The notes under the pieces were generated by a model that searched no databases, was not told the DNA's origin, and saw only the letters and a list, made by a program, of their open reading frames with translations. Positions 47,891 through 58,701 of a DNA stretch of 64,000 nt are shown in pieces; the stretch's first letter is position 1; each line of letters opens with the position of its first letter. A program made the position numbers and the translations under genes. The DNA is from Leptogorgia sarmentosa (taxonomy: Eukaryota), in the NCBI GenBank assembly GCA_964658305.1, contig OZ210885.1, positions 3,658,001 through 3,722,000 on the forward strand, read 5' to 3'.

Positions 47891-49194
47891 ATTAATTAAA
47901 AAAATAATTTGCATAGGGTGCATATGAAAATATTTTAATTTATTCTTAAGTGTAAATAATTGATTGAATAATTGTTGAACATCCTAATCTATTTTTGAAT
48001 GTCAAATCTATTTTCAACTAATTTATCAATTGTATATTACAACATTGATATCATTGTTGTCAATTTCCTGGACGCTGATTGGCTGAAAAGCTTCAACAAC
48101 TGTGCAAATTAAACTTTAATTTGCACAGTGTGCAAATTAAACTTAATAGCACGGTTTCGAGCCCGCGATACATTATAAAAACAAATAAATAAACGCTTAA
48201 ATCAACGCTAATATATGTACTACAATGATATTAATACGAAATTACGTGTAATACACTAATATTAATATAATAATAATATATCAATACGTGTACTACAATG
48301 ATATTAATACGAAATTACACTTGTTCTCGAAGTATTAATGAAAAATTGCACTTGTGTTTGGCGAAATACCGCTCGTGTCTCGCACTCGCGGTATTTCTAA
48401 ATTAAGGAATAAGTTTCTAAAGAAATGAATAACATAATGATTTAAATTTGCATGACCAAATGTCGAGCTGGCTTCCCCACTGTTAAAGCCATGTATATGT
48501 AGAAGTCGAAAAAGCCAAAAAGGTTTATTAGCCGGCACTCAACTTCGAGTATTATATAGCTAGCATTGAAAAGACTTTGTGTTTATAAATAAAATACTAA
48601 AGATAAAAAATAAAAAGATATTAACCTCGCTTGCTTGGTCCGTACAGAGAAACATCATACTACAATCTTTTCATACAAGGGATCGGTGTGTACAAAAACA
48701 ATTAACCTCATGTACTCCGATATTTCTCTGCACATACTGGCGCTCACTTAATAGAGAAGTTTACTTAAAACAATATCCTACCACTTATTAATAATTTAGC
48801 TAAATTATTAATATGAAGTATTAATGTAAAGTGCCTCAATATACCTGTGCATAAATTACAATTGTTTTTCATTAAGTTGCTTTATTTGCAGCTCTATACA
48901 ATAACTAATAGTTGTGCATGAAATGTAGTTTGCATTTATTTTACATTTAACAACAATGTGCTGCCAATTTATTACTTTACATCAAGTATAACCGCCTAAA
49001 ATATTTTTGTAATCTACACTTGTCCGGTTCGGTGTAAAAACTCAAAACACAAAGGTCCAGAATTTGCACGGTTTCGTGTAAACAGACAACAACGGATGAA
49101 TTTTAGTCTGTCTTCAGTTGCTTCTTTGTCCGTGTAAACGTCCTCCTCATTTATAAAATAACTGTCCTCTTGTTTGATCGATCTGGATAAGTCC

Positions 49195-49749
49195 TCATTC
49201 TTGGGCTTGTGTTGTCGTCGCAATTAGTGGATCATTTGGGGTGGGTTGTTGAGCCGGGTAAGGCTGGGCTGGGTTTGGTTGATCCTGATAATCCATTGGT
49301 TGTCCTTCGTTTGAAAAGACTGTCGTTGCGGTAGTTTGCGTTACTATGACGCCGCCGGCGCCATGGGCACGACGTCTTGAAGCAAAACGGAAACAGCAAA
49401 AAAAGAAAACTCCAAGAGCTATGCCTATGAGGACGAGAATAGTAATAACAATTGCTGGAGCGATCCAATGAGCCTGACTGCTAGGCGGATCGCAACTTCC
49501 ACTTGGAAAACATTCTAGGTGAGAACTACAACATTCTTCTCCACTGGCGCAGTCGCTATCAACGTTACAAGACTCCCAAAGGCAGCTGTATTGGCACACA
49601 CTTTCCAGGTACCTTCTCCCACAGCAGTACAGTGAGGTAGGACAATCTTCGTGAGAATTACATTCATCTTCAGCTTCCACTCGCAAAAACACGGTGTATA
49701 GAGCAAGAAATAGAACACAAAAAGCTGTCGTCTTGTTTATATACGCCAT
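49195..49749 (-). CDS. Cys-rich single-pass membrane protein, Shisa/CYYR1-like, copy 1 (184 aa, intronless)
   Basis: Signal peptide, 12-Cys ectodomain, TM helix followed by CC and RRR, Pro/Gln/Tyr-rich tail; TATATAA ~70 bp upstream. Confidence 0.88.
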   Translation of the reverse strand: MAYINKTTAFCVLFLALYTVFLRVEAEDECNSHEDCPTSLYCCGRRYLESVCQYSCLWESCNVDSDCASGEECCSSHLECFPSGSCDPPSSQAHWIAPAIVITILVLIGIALGVFFFCCFRFASRRRAHGAGGVIVTQTTATTVFSNEGQPMDYQDQPNPAQPYPAQQPTPNDPLIATTTQAQE

Positions 49750-49892
49750 CGTTTGTTTTGCAAGGGCAATAATTTTATATCAAAACAGATTGTTGTGTTG
49801 CCACCTGTTTGGCTCATTATATATTCGTTGCATCAAATCTGATTCGCTGCTATAAGACAAGTGGTAACATGTCGAGACAAACGAAAGTAACA

Positions 49893-50360
49893 CGCCGAAA
49901 AAAACAAAAAGCTATGCTAATATTTAAAATAGTTATTGAAATAACTCCGCTTTATCTCCGCGAGTTGTTTGAATACCGCAGCACAGGATACAATTTAAGA
50001 ACCTCTGATAACACTTTATTTGTGCCGAAACCGCGAACCAACTATGGTAAACGAAGTCTTAGTTAAAACAGGGCAGTGTTATGGAATGATTTACCACAAA
50101 ATGTACCAGCAATATGCTCTCTTAGTCAATTCAAAAGAAAAATTGATCACTTATTTTTCTTATGGAACGGACTGCAGCACGGCAATCTTGTAAATCAGTA
50201 TTTATCATAGTTTTATAAAAATGTTAGTGTAAATTCTAAATATAATGTACAAGTGTTAGTTGTTTGTCACCCTAAATGTTTTAGTAAATATTATTTCTGT
50301 ACTATACTGTAGATTTTACCGTGTTTAAAGAAAGTTTTTGATTGATTTTTTTTATTGATT
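49893..50360 (+). mobile_element. LINE 3' fragment (copy 1)
   Basis: RRKKQKAMLIFKI...PLYLRELF...YNLR...PKPRTNYGKRSLS*..GAVLWNDLP is a typical LINE ORF2 C-terminus; (attg)-like tail. Confidence 0.85.
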
Positions 50361-50876
50361 GGTCAGAGATAATTTAAACTTTTAACTATTTAATATAATA
50401 AGCGACCGGTTGCCTGAATCCCATTTAGATTAAACAGTGGAAATCTACGTATTTATCACACAATCAAGGAAAAAAATGTAATTTACAACTCGGCCTCGGT
50501 GTCTAATTGTGACATAGAGCGTCTTGTTTCCTGTTAAAAACAATTCAACTTCACACGCAAACCGAGCTAGCCCGCTTAGGTGGGAACTCATTTCACTCAA
50601 ACGGGGCACCCGGTCAACCAGGATGAAATTTTTCCATGTAAAGTCTCGAGCCCGGGCAGCCAGGCTGGCATAAAAATCTCGTAATATGGACTTGTCCGGT
50701 TCACTGTAAAAACGCAAACAAAAAGGTCCAGAATTTGCAAAGTTTCTTGTAAACAGACGAAAACGGATGAATTTTAGCCCGTCTTCAGTTGCGTGTCTTC
50801 GTCCGTGTAAACGTGCAGCCTTGAATCCTCATTTATAAAATAACTGTCCTCTTGTTTGATCGATCTGGATAAGTCC

Positions 50877-51431
50877 TCATTCTTGGGCTTGTGTTGTCGT
50901 CGCAATTAGTGGATCATTTGGGGTGGGTTGTTGAGCCGGGTAAGGCTGGGCTGGGTTTGGTTGATCTTGATAATCCATTGGTTGTCCTTCGTTTGAAAAG
51001 ACTGTCGTTGCGGTAGTTTGCGTTACTATGACGCCGCCGGCGCCATGGGCACGACGTCTTGAAGCAAAACGGAAACAGCAAAAAAAGAAAACTCCAAGAG
51101 CTATGCTTATGAGGACGAGAATAGTAATAACAATTGCTGGAGCGATCCAATAAGCCTGACTGCTAGGCGGATCGCAACTTCCACTTGGAAAACATTCTAG
51201 GTGAGAACTACAACATTCTTCTCCACTGGCGCAGTCGCTATCAACGTTACAAGACTCCCAAAGGCAGCTGTATTGGCACACATTTTCCAGGTACCTTCTC
51301 CCACAGCAGTATTGTGAGGTAGGACAATCTTCGTGAGAATTACATTCATCATTAGCTTCCACTCGCAAAAACACGGTGTATAGAGCAAGAAATAGAACAC
51401 AAAAAGCTGTCGTCTTGTTTATATACGCCAT
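50877..51431 (-). CDS. Cys-rich single-pass membrane protein, Shisa/CYYR1-like, copy 2 (184 aa, intronless)
   Basis: Tandem duplicate of 49195-49749 (offset 1682 bp); 5 amino-acid differences. Confidence 0.88.
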   Translation of the reverse strand: MAYINKTTAFCVLFLALYTVFLRVEANDECNSHEDCPTSQYCCGRRYLENVCQYSCLWESCNVDSDCASGEECCSSHLECFPSGSCDPPSSQAYWIAPAIVITILVLISIALGVFFFCCFRFASRRRAHGAGGVIVTQTTATTVFSNEGQPMDYQDQPNPAQPYPAQQPTPNDPLIATTTQAQE

Positions 51432-51574
51432 CGTTTGTTTTGCAAGGGAAATAATTTAATATTAAAACAGATTGTTATGTTGCCACCTGTTTGGCTCATT
51501 ATATATTCGTTGCATCAATTCTGATTCGCTGCCATAAGACAAGTGATAACACGCCGAAACAAACGAAAGTAACA

Positions 51575-51961
51575 CGCCGAAAAAAACAAAAAGCTATGCT
51601 AATATTTAAAATAGTTATTGAAATAACTCCGCTTTATCTCCGCGAGTTGTTTGAATACCGCAGCACAGGATACAATTTAAGAACCTCTGATAACACTTTA
51701 TTTGTGCCGAAACCGCGAACCAACTATGGTAAACGAAGTCTTAGTTAAAACGGGGCAGTGTTATGGAATGATTTACCACAAAATGTACCAGAAATATGCT
51801 CTCTTAGTCAATTCAAAAGAGAAATTGACAACTTATTTTTCTTATAAAACGGACTCCTGCTCGGCAATCTTGTAAATCAGTATTTATCATAGTTTTATAA
51901 AAGTCTTAGTGTAAATTCTAAATGTAATGTACAAGTGTAAGTCGTTTGTCACCCTAAATGT
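51575..51961 (+). mobile_element. LINE 3' fragment (copy 2, co-duplicated, 3' end lost)
   Basis: Near-identical to 49893-50279. Confidence 0.85.
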
Positions 51962-51967
51962 AAGTCG

Positions 51968-52310
51968 TTTGTCTGCCTCTTCCCATTTCTGAACGTCTTC
52001 GATTGAAGTACCGTCCTGTAATTGCTCCTTCTCGGTTTGGATTTTCTCGATAATCTTTTCCAATGCTTCCTTGTGGCGAGCAATTTTATAAAGATTTCCT
52101 TTCTCTAAAATCGCTCTTGTTTTGCTTCGTGTAAGCTTCAGTAGCTGTCGCTCGGTGTTTAAATTCTCGCTGTTTTCCGCCATGTTTCTGGGTTCTTTCG
52201 CTTCACATATCCCGTCGGAGGTGCCACTTGTAGTAAATAGTCAAAATATTTCAGTCACACAAACCAATATACAAAAATACGGTGGCCAATTAGGGACATG
52301 CTCCTCCCAT
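51968..52310 (-). mobile_element. LTR retrotransposon remnant (BEL/Pao-like): LTR end, PBS and gag N-terminus
   Basis: Minus strand ...TACTACA-AG-TGGCACCTCCGACGGGA (LTR end at 52229, PBS 52226-52210), then a coiled-coil ORF from 52183 MAENSENLNTERQLLKLT...EDVQKW. Confidence 0.65.
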
Positions 52311-52474
52311 AGAAAATAGTACTCGCTCCGTAAAATATACCATATTTTGCATGGAAATGCAGTGTTGTTCTGTAGAAGTGCAGCACTTTTCCGTAGAAAA
52401 GTTGTATTTTGCGTAGAAACACAGTGTTTTTCCGTAGAAATTTGACGATTTTCCGTAGAAAATCGGCGTGGTGG

Positions 52475-53077
52475 TGTTCCCGCGGAGGACTTATTGACAA
52501 TATACTTTGCCCTAATAGGATCGGTTCTGGAGTACTGCTGTGTGGTATGGCACCATTCCATTCCCTTGTATCTTGCTAATGAGGTTGAACGAGTGCAGAG
52601 ACGAGCGCTGAAGATTATTTTACCGGGGTACTCTTATAAGGAGGCGTTAATACAACTTGGGTGTTCCAGATTGGATGAAAGGCGTGAACAACTTTGTCTT
52701 GACACTTTGGAAAAAATACCAATGGAAGGACCACTGTCAAAACATGTTCCCCTGACCAGGGCCAGCTCCAATGAATACCAACTAAAAAACTCGAACAACT
52801 TAACATTAATAAAATGCCGAACCGAAAGATACCGTCGTAGTTTCTTTTCAAGTACAGTTGCTTTATATAACAATTCTAGTGACAAAACTTAAGTGCGATA
52901 CTTAATGAGTTTAGTAAGAATGTAATTATTTTTTAAATTAGAACGTAAAAACTTATTATTTTTATGTATAAAAATTGTAGTAGTAATTTTCATATCTTTG
53001 TAAGCGCACCGTAATTCAATTCATTGCGATGGTGTGTATTTTATACCATTAATAATAATATTAATAATAAAAAAAAG
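52475..53077 (+). mobile_element. 5'-truncated LINE with (AAT)n tail, inserted in a ccgtagaaa repeat array
   Basis: IYFALIGSVLEYCCVVWHHS...ERVQRRALKII...CRTERYRRSFF* (to 52892); tail at 53050-53077; host ccgtagaaa motifs at 52310-52462 resume at 53090-53166. Confidence 0.9.
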
Positions 53078-53322
53078 AACGTATCTCGTATTTCCGTAGA
53101 AATATTACGTTGTTCCTTGGAAAATCATCGCTTCGCCGTAGAAAAATACAGCTCTTCCGTAGAAAGTTTAAACTAATGCGCGCGCATGGGATTGTGCTGT
53201 CGTCCCCAGGCTATGCCCAGGCTGTCATCTACGACTACGACGCATTGGCCCTGCTGTGAGCGAATTGACCTCATTTATGTGAAAATCCATTGAAAATCTA
53301 TAATATTCCCTTCCATTTGGAA

Positions 53323-53407
53323 ATGTTCTGCCAAAGCTGTGGAACAAAGCTGTTAGACAAAGCGAAGTATTGCCACAACTGTGGCGTGGGTTCATCATCA
53401 GAACTCG
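53323..53407 (+). pseudogene. Orphan first exon encoding a zinc-ribbon motif
   Basis: ATG-MFCQSCGTKLLDKAKYCHNCGVGSSSEL followed by the perfect donor G|GTAAGT; the sequence switches to a ZNF fragment ~14 bp later. Confidence 0.65.
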
Positions 53408-53421
53408 GTAAGTACGCGATA

Positions 53422-54483
53422 AGTTCCCTGATGTTCAAAGTTTAAAGAGAGGTTACAGTCCCTTTTGCGCATGTGCTAGCTTTGTTTACGTCTGGAGACT
53501 CCACCGGATGTGTCAGTATTATTTTCGGTCTAGTCTCACTTCCGTCAATAATAAAGGCGCGTTTGTTTTAATTGAGGAGTGAGCATATTATTTAAATCGG
53601 TGTAATCAGTGTCATATGTCAGTGAGGAATTTTACATCTGTCAGGCACAGGCTAGTGAAATTGTTTGGGAGAAATTGTTTTGAGTAAAACATGGCCAGTC
53701 TAAAGTTTATTTGTTTGATTAATCAAACGATGGAGATCGTTGAAGGAAGAGCGCAATTTGAGGACGGACAGAGATGTCGCCAACATGCTTCTCAACGAAT
53801 ATATGGCCAGAAATGTCGAAGTTTTGTACAGACATAGTAAAGTACGAAACAGTAACATATTTGATTCTTAATGTAATGTAAGTTAATTTTTATTGTTTCG
53901 TACTTTACTATGTACCAAACTTCAACATTTCTGGCCATATATTCGTTGAGAAGCATGTTGGCGATACTCTGTCCGTCCTCAAATTGCGCTCTTCCTTCAA
54001 CGATCTCCATCAAGCAAAACAATCAAACGAATAAACTTTAGACTGGCCATGTTTTTCTCAAAACAATTTCTCTCAAACAATTTCACTAGCCTGTGCCTGA
54101 CAGATGTAAAATTCCTCACTGACATATGACACTGATTACACCGATTTAAATAATATGCTCACTCCTCAATTAAAACAAACGCGCCTTTATTATTGACGGA
54201 AGTGAAACTAGACCGAGAATAACACTGACACATCCGGTGGTCCGGTGGAGTCTCCAGACGTAAACAAAGCTAGCACATGCGCAAAAGGGACTGTAACCTC
54301 TCTTTAAGCCAACACAAGAGCAATGACCATGGCATTTTATACAAATGTGATGTTTGTCATGAATTTGAAGCAACAGAAGCAACTGGCATTGGGTATATCT
54401 GTTGTATTTGCGATGCAGAGTTTGAAATTGCAGTTGATGTAGAAAACCACATCAGTGCACAACATCAAGTGGTTACAGCTTGA
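53422..54483 (+). pseudogene. 5'-truncated, transposon-disrupted third copy of the C2H2 ZNF gene
   Basis: 53422-53445 plus 54308-54483 match the 3' end of 56846-57721 (FPDVQSL|SQHKSNDH...QHQVVTA*); the 3' flank also matches. Confidence 0.9.
53446..54303. mobile_element. Kolobok-type palindromic MITE, TTAA TSD
   Basis: ttaa|agagaggttacagtccc ... gggactgtaacctctct|ttaa; ~400-bp arms; the empty site is visible in both intact paralogs. Confidence 0.93.
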
Positions 54484-55267
54484 AAAGTGATCTGCGACAA
54501 ACAAAATTGTAAATAGGCTTATGACGCGTAGGGTATTAGAAACAAAGCCAGAATTTTGACTTTGATTTGAGCAATATTAGGTAGACATGTTAACATGAGG
54601 TGTCACACGATTTAAGGCGATGCTGCTCTGCATATAAATTGTTTCATTTGGGATTGTTTGATATTTTTTATTGTTGTTGGATGTTTTTTCAATAAATTGT
54701 AAATATTATTAAATCAGAAACAATGTTTTTCTCATGACTAAGACCAATTTCACAAGTAGTTGAACTTTCGACGTGTCAAACGGTGAAAGAAATGCAATCA
54801 AAACAAACATTTAGCTCATTACCATTAGATTCGAAACACGAAATGTTCAACGTCCGAACTTGGCCATGGGGCGACAAAACTAATTGAGCAACGAAAACGT
54901 TTTGTGAACTAAAGAGCTTTCAGTGTCATACAATAAGTAAGAAGGGAAACAATTTCTGGTGTCAAGCTTTTAAAAATTCTGTATATTTGATCAACTGTGA
55001 TAATAAGAAAATATAGAAACAAATTTCTACGTAATAGTAACTGATCACTTGGAGTGATTGTTCTAGCAAAAGCATTTCAGCATTAACTCAAAACAAGAAT
55101 AAAGATTTTCTTGTTCCAAGAAATGTACTTACAATTAATAATGAATTTGTTTTTGGACAAAAATTTACTAGAAATAACAAGTTGATTTTTCCCCAGAAAT
55201 TTCTCGAAGTGGAAGTCAAATCCGTTCTGCCCAATGCGCAGTGGTTCTGCGCATAACAAAGGAAAGT

Positions 55268-56251
55268 GGTCGGCACTAGATCATGGTGACCTTACCACTA
55301 TATTATTAATCTGGAGATTAGGCACTCCACTGAAAGGTGTCGCCAAAAACATGGCGGATTTTACGTCACACGTCCCCTATTCTCATGATGGTAATTACTG
55401 ACCACAGTTGAAGTGTGTGGAGGCGCCGTTTCCAACCCTCTCTGGATTTTACTGTACGATTTTATATATAAATATATACTGCATTGCTGTTTTGGTATTT
55501 TTTCAAAGAATTGAGATAAAGTATTAAAATTCTCTTACATCTCAAAAATATATTGTTGTATTTGTTGATGTACGCGCCTATAAATACCGAACGCGATTGA
55601 TTAAAGAGGACTTGTCAAAGGAGTTGTGGCATCCGTAATTTATCTGAAATTAAATGTAGTTCAGCAAATAAGTGACCGTCGCCAACAATGTGTGCAAAAA
55701 CGCGGCATGTTGATAATCAACAAAATTCAACGAAATATTGTTTTGAATTTAAAACTTTGACGTGATGTTAGCTGGTATTTTAGTATTTTATTTCCAGACA
55801 GGGGGTGAGAAAACTGCTCACTTTCAGCAATGTTATTTGGTCAGTGGTTAGTCCCCTGAAATAGGGGACTTACTACGTCATAATGACGTAATTTTGGCTA
55901 AAATCCGCCATGTTTTTGGCGACACTATTTTGTACCGCGAGGTATTACGACCTGATCTCCAGATACATTAAGTATGGCTCAGTGGACCTTACGCACACAT
56001 CTGCGTCTGCTGTACATTCACGTCAGCGGTGATAGGAATTTCTCTTGGCGTATTCACAAAATAAACCAGTCCCAAACCATAAATCTGACCCTAGTCTTTG
56101 GTTATGGTTTGGGACTGGTGGTTAGGGTCAGATTTATGGTTTGGGACTGGTTTATTTTGTGAATACGCCATTAGAAATTTCTATCACCGCTGACGTGAAT
56201 GTACAGCAGTCGCGGATATGTGCGTAAGGTCACCATGATCTTGTGCCGACC
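55268..56251. mobile_element. MULE-type palindromic MITE with 9-bp TSD (contains a nested element)
   Basis: ggtcggcactagatcatggtgaccttac / gtaaggtcaccatgatcttgtgccgacc; TSD aaggaaagt (55259-55267) / aaggaaaat (56252-56260); empty site at 59371-59379. Confidence 0.88.
55296..55984. mobile_element. Nested CA...TG element with 8-bp TSD GACCTTAC (P/hAT-like)
   Basis: gaccttac at 55288-55295 and 55985-55992; internal inverted blocks atctggagat and gtgtcgccaaaaacatggcggatttt. Confidence 0.82.
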
Positions 56252-56845
56252 AAGGAAAATCCTCAAATTTAAAAGTTAATGTCGAAATTCCGCACTTTTC
56301 ACACTTTTTCTCAATTCAACCTCTGGTTTATATTCCTTTATGAGCATGTAGCAAACAGGAAGCGCGTTAGTTAGATTACCATATTTTAATTTTGCAGTTC
56401 AAAGCTTTTGTTTACCACACCAAGTAGACTTCCACTTTAATATTTTGTAATGTTCTTAGTAAAACAAAATGTTTTTGAAATACGTATTATTACATTTGTA
56501 ATTTAAACTTGTTACACCAGGATTACACACAGTATTTTCAAACTTCGCAGCATTGCCTTCCCCTGAATTCTATTTGTTGCAAAATAATACGGCGCATAAT
56601 TTGATAATCGAGAATTTCTTGATTTTAAGTGGAAACACGCGGGAACTTTTCGGCCATATTTTCAATGTTTATATGGTTGACTATATTGCCTGAACTTCGT
56701 CGATAATTTGCTTTTTTCTGTGATTAAACTTTGTTAAAGAGGGAAACGTTTTAATACATCCACTAAAGAAGGATACGGTGATTTTTGATTCAAATTTTAC
56801 TTCGGGTTTGAAAGCGAAGACAGCCAAAAATCGCAAGCTCAAACC

Positions 56846-57721
56846 ATGCCTAGGAGAAGGAGGAGGGTGGCAAAAGATGACAAGGTCGATGCAGAAGAGA
56901 AAACTTATGAGTGTGATGTCTGTAAGAAAATGTTTACCCAACGTGGTAGCCTAGCAAGGCATAAAAGATCACACACAGGAGAAAAACCATATGAATGTAA
57001 TGTTTGCAACAAGAGGTTTAATCGCTCTGGTATCTTAGCAATACATAAAAGGACCCACACAGGACAAAAACCTTATGAATGTGATGTTTGCAACAAGAGG
57101 TTTAATCAATCTGGTGGCTTAGCAAGACATAAAAGGACCCACACAGGAGAAAAACCTTATGAATGTGATGTCTGCAACAAGAGGTTTAATCACTCTAGTG
57201 GCTTATCAAGACATAAAAGAACCCACACAGGAGAGAAACCTTATGAATGTGATGTCTGCAACAAGAGGTTTAATCGCTCTGGTAACTTAGCAAGACATAA
57301 AAGGACCCACACAGGAGAGAACCAAAATTTTCAGTGTGCTGTATGCAAGACAATATTTACAGAGGAACAAAGTTTGCAACTTCATAAGGAATCACATTTT
57401 AAGAATGGTGAGCTTGTATTATGCAGCATTTGTGGCAGAGATCTAGTCCAATCTGATGTCCAAACACATGGAAATGAGGCTTTGAGTAATGATGATTATG
57501 GTTGTGATAAATGTGACGAACAGTTCCCTGATGTTCAAAGTTTAAGCCAACACAAGAGCAATGACCATGGCATTTTATACAAATGTGATGTTTGTCATGA
57601 ATTAGTAGCAACAGAAGCAACTGGCATTGGGTATATCTGTTGTATTTGCAATGCAGAGTTCGAAATTGCAGTTGATGTAGAAAACCACATCAGTGCACAA
57701 CATCAAGTGGTTACAGCTTGA
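56846..57721 (+). CDS. C2H2 zinc finger protein (291 aa; five TGEKPY-linked fingers plus acidic C-terminal atypical fingers)
   Basis: Single-exon ORF; basic NLS-like N-terminus MPRRRRR; canonical CxxC-x12-HxxxH repeats. Confidence 0.92.
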   Translation: MPRRRRRVAKDDKVDAEEKTYECDVCKKMFTQRGSLARHKRSHTGEKPYECNVCNKRFNRSGILAIHKRTHTGQKPYECDVCNKRFNQSGGLARHKRTHTGEKPYECDVCNKRFNHSSGLSRHKRTHTGEKPYECDVCNKRFNRSGNLARHKRTHTGENQNFQCAVCKTIFTEEQSLQLHKESHFKNGELVLCSICGRDLVQSDVQTHGNEALSNDDYGCDKCDEQFPDVQSLSQHKSNDHGILYKCDVCHELVATEATGIGYICCICNAEFEIAVDVENHISAQHQVVTA

Positions 57722-57824
57722 AAAGTGATCTGCGACAAACAAAATTGTAAATAGGCTTATGACGCGTAGGGTATTAGAAACAAAGCCAGAATTTTGACTT
57801 TGATTTGAGCAATATTAGGTAGAC

Positions 57825-58701
57825 CATAGGCAGCCCAGTGATTTGGGGTTTTATTTATGTTAACTAAGGTTGAATAGGACTATTTCATCATCCTTAGTTG
57901 TTTATATGCGTGCGCCGACAATACGGTCACTCGCGTATGTAATTAATAGTTATAATAATTGACAAGGTTGGCAACTAAATTCTCATTCATATACACATGC
58001 CTACACACAATCGAAAAATACACAAAATACATCCAAAAATGCAATAAAACAATTACAAAATACGAAACTAGGATAATTTTTCTACATTATCACCAAGTTT
58101 GGTGAACATACGTCGCTTCTAAAGCATTTAAAATACGGAATGTTTTTCATATTTTCTTCAAAATTTTTGTGAGACCATGCTGGATGCCAGGTCTGCGATA
58201 TTCAGATGACGAATTCGCATTCTCATTGGCTGCTCGGGAAAAACAAACGTGAATCATCAACGCATTTTCCCGAGCAGCCAATGAGATTGCGAAAGCAGCC
58301 AATGAGATTGCGAATTCGTCATTTGAATATCGCAGACCTGGCATCCAGCATGGTCTCACAAAAATTTTGAAGAAAATATGAAAACATTCCGTATTTTAAA
58401 TGCCTTAGAAGCGATGTATGTTCACCAAACTTGGTAATAATGTAGAAAAATTATCCTAGTTTCGTATTTTGTAATTGCTTTATTGCATTTTTGAATGTAT
58501 TTTGTGTATTTTTCTATTGTGTGTAGGCATGTGTATATGAATATGAATTTAGTTGCCAACCTTGTCAATTATTATAACTATTAATTACATACGCGGTGAC
58601 CGTATTGTCGGCGCACGCATATAGACAACTAAGGATGATGAAATAGCCCTATTCAACCTTAGTTAACATAAATAAAACCCCAAATCACTGGGCTGCCTAT
58701 G
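57825..58701. mobile_element. 877-bp near-perfect palindromic MITE with CATAG...CTATG termini
   Basis: cataggcagcccagtgatttgggg / ccccaaatcactgggctgcctatg; arms pair to the centre at ~58260; absent from the paralogous flank at ~54586; no clean TSD. Confidence 0.9.

Noticed and set aside
57399..57620. Antisense and alternate-frame ORFs over the ZNF, Shisa-like and LINE sequences
   Set aside because: Shadows of the real coding frames with non-ATG starts and no independent features.
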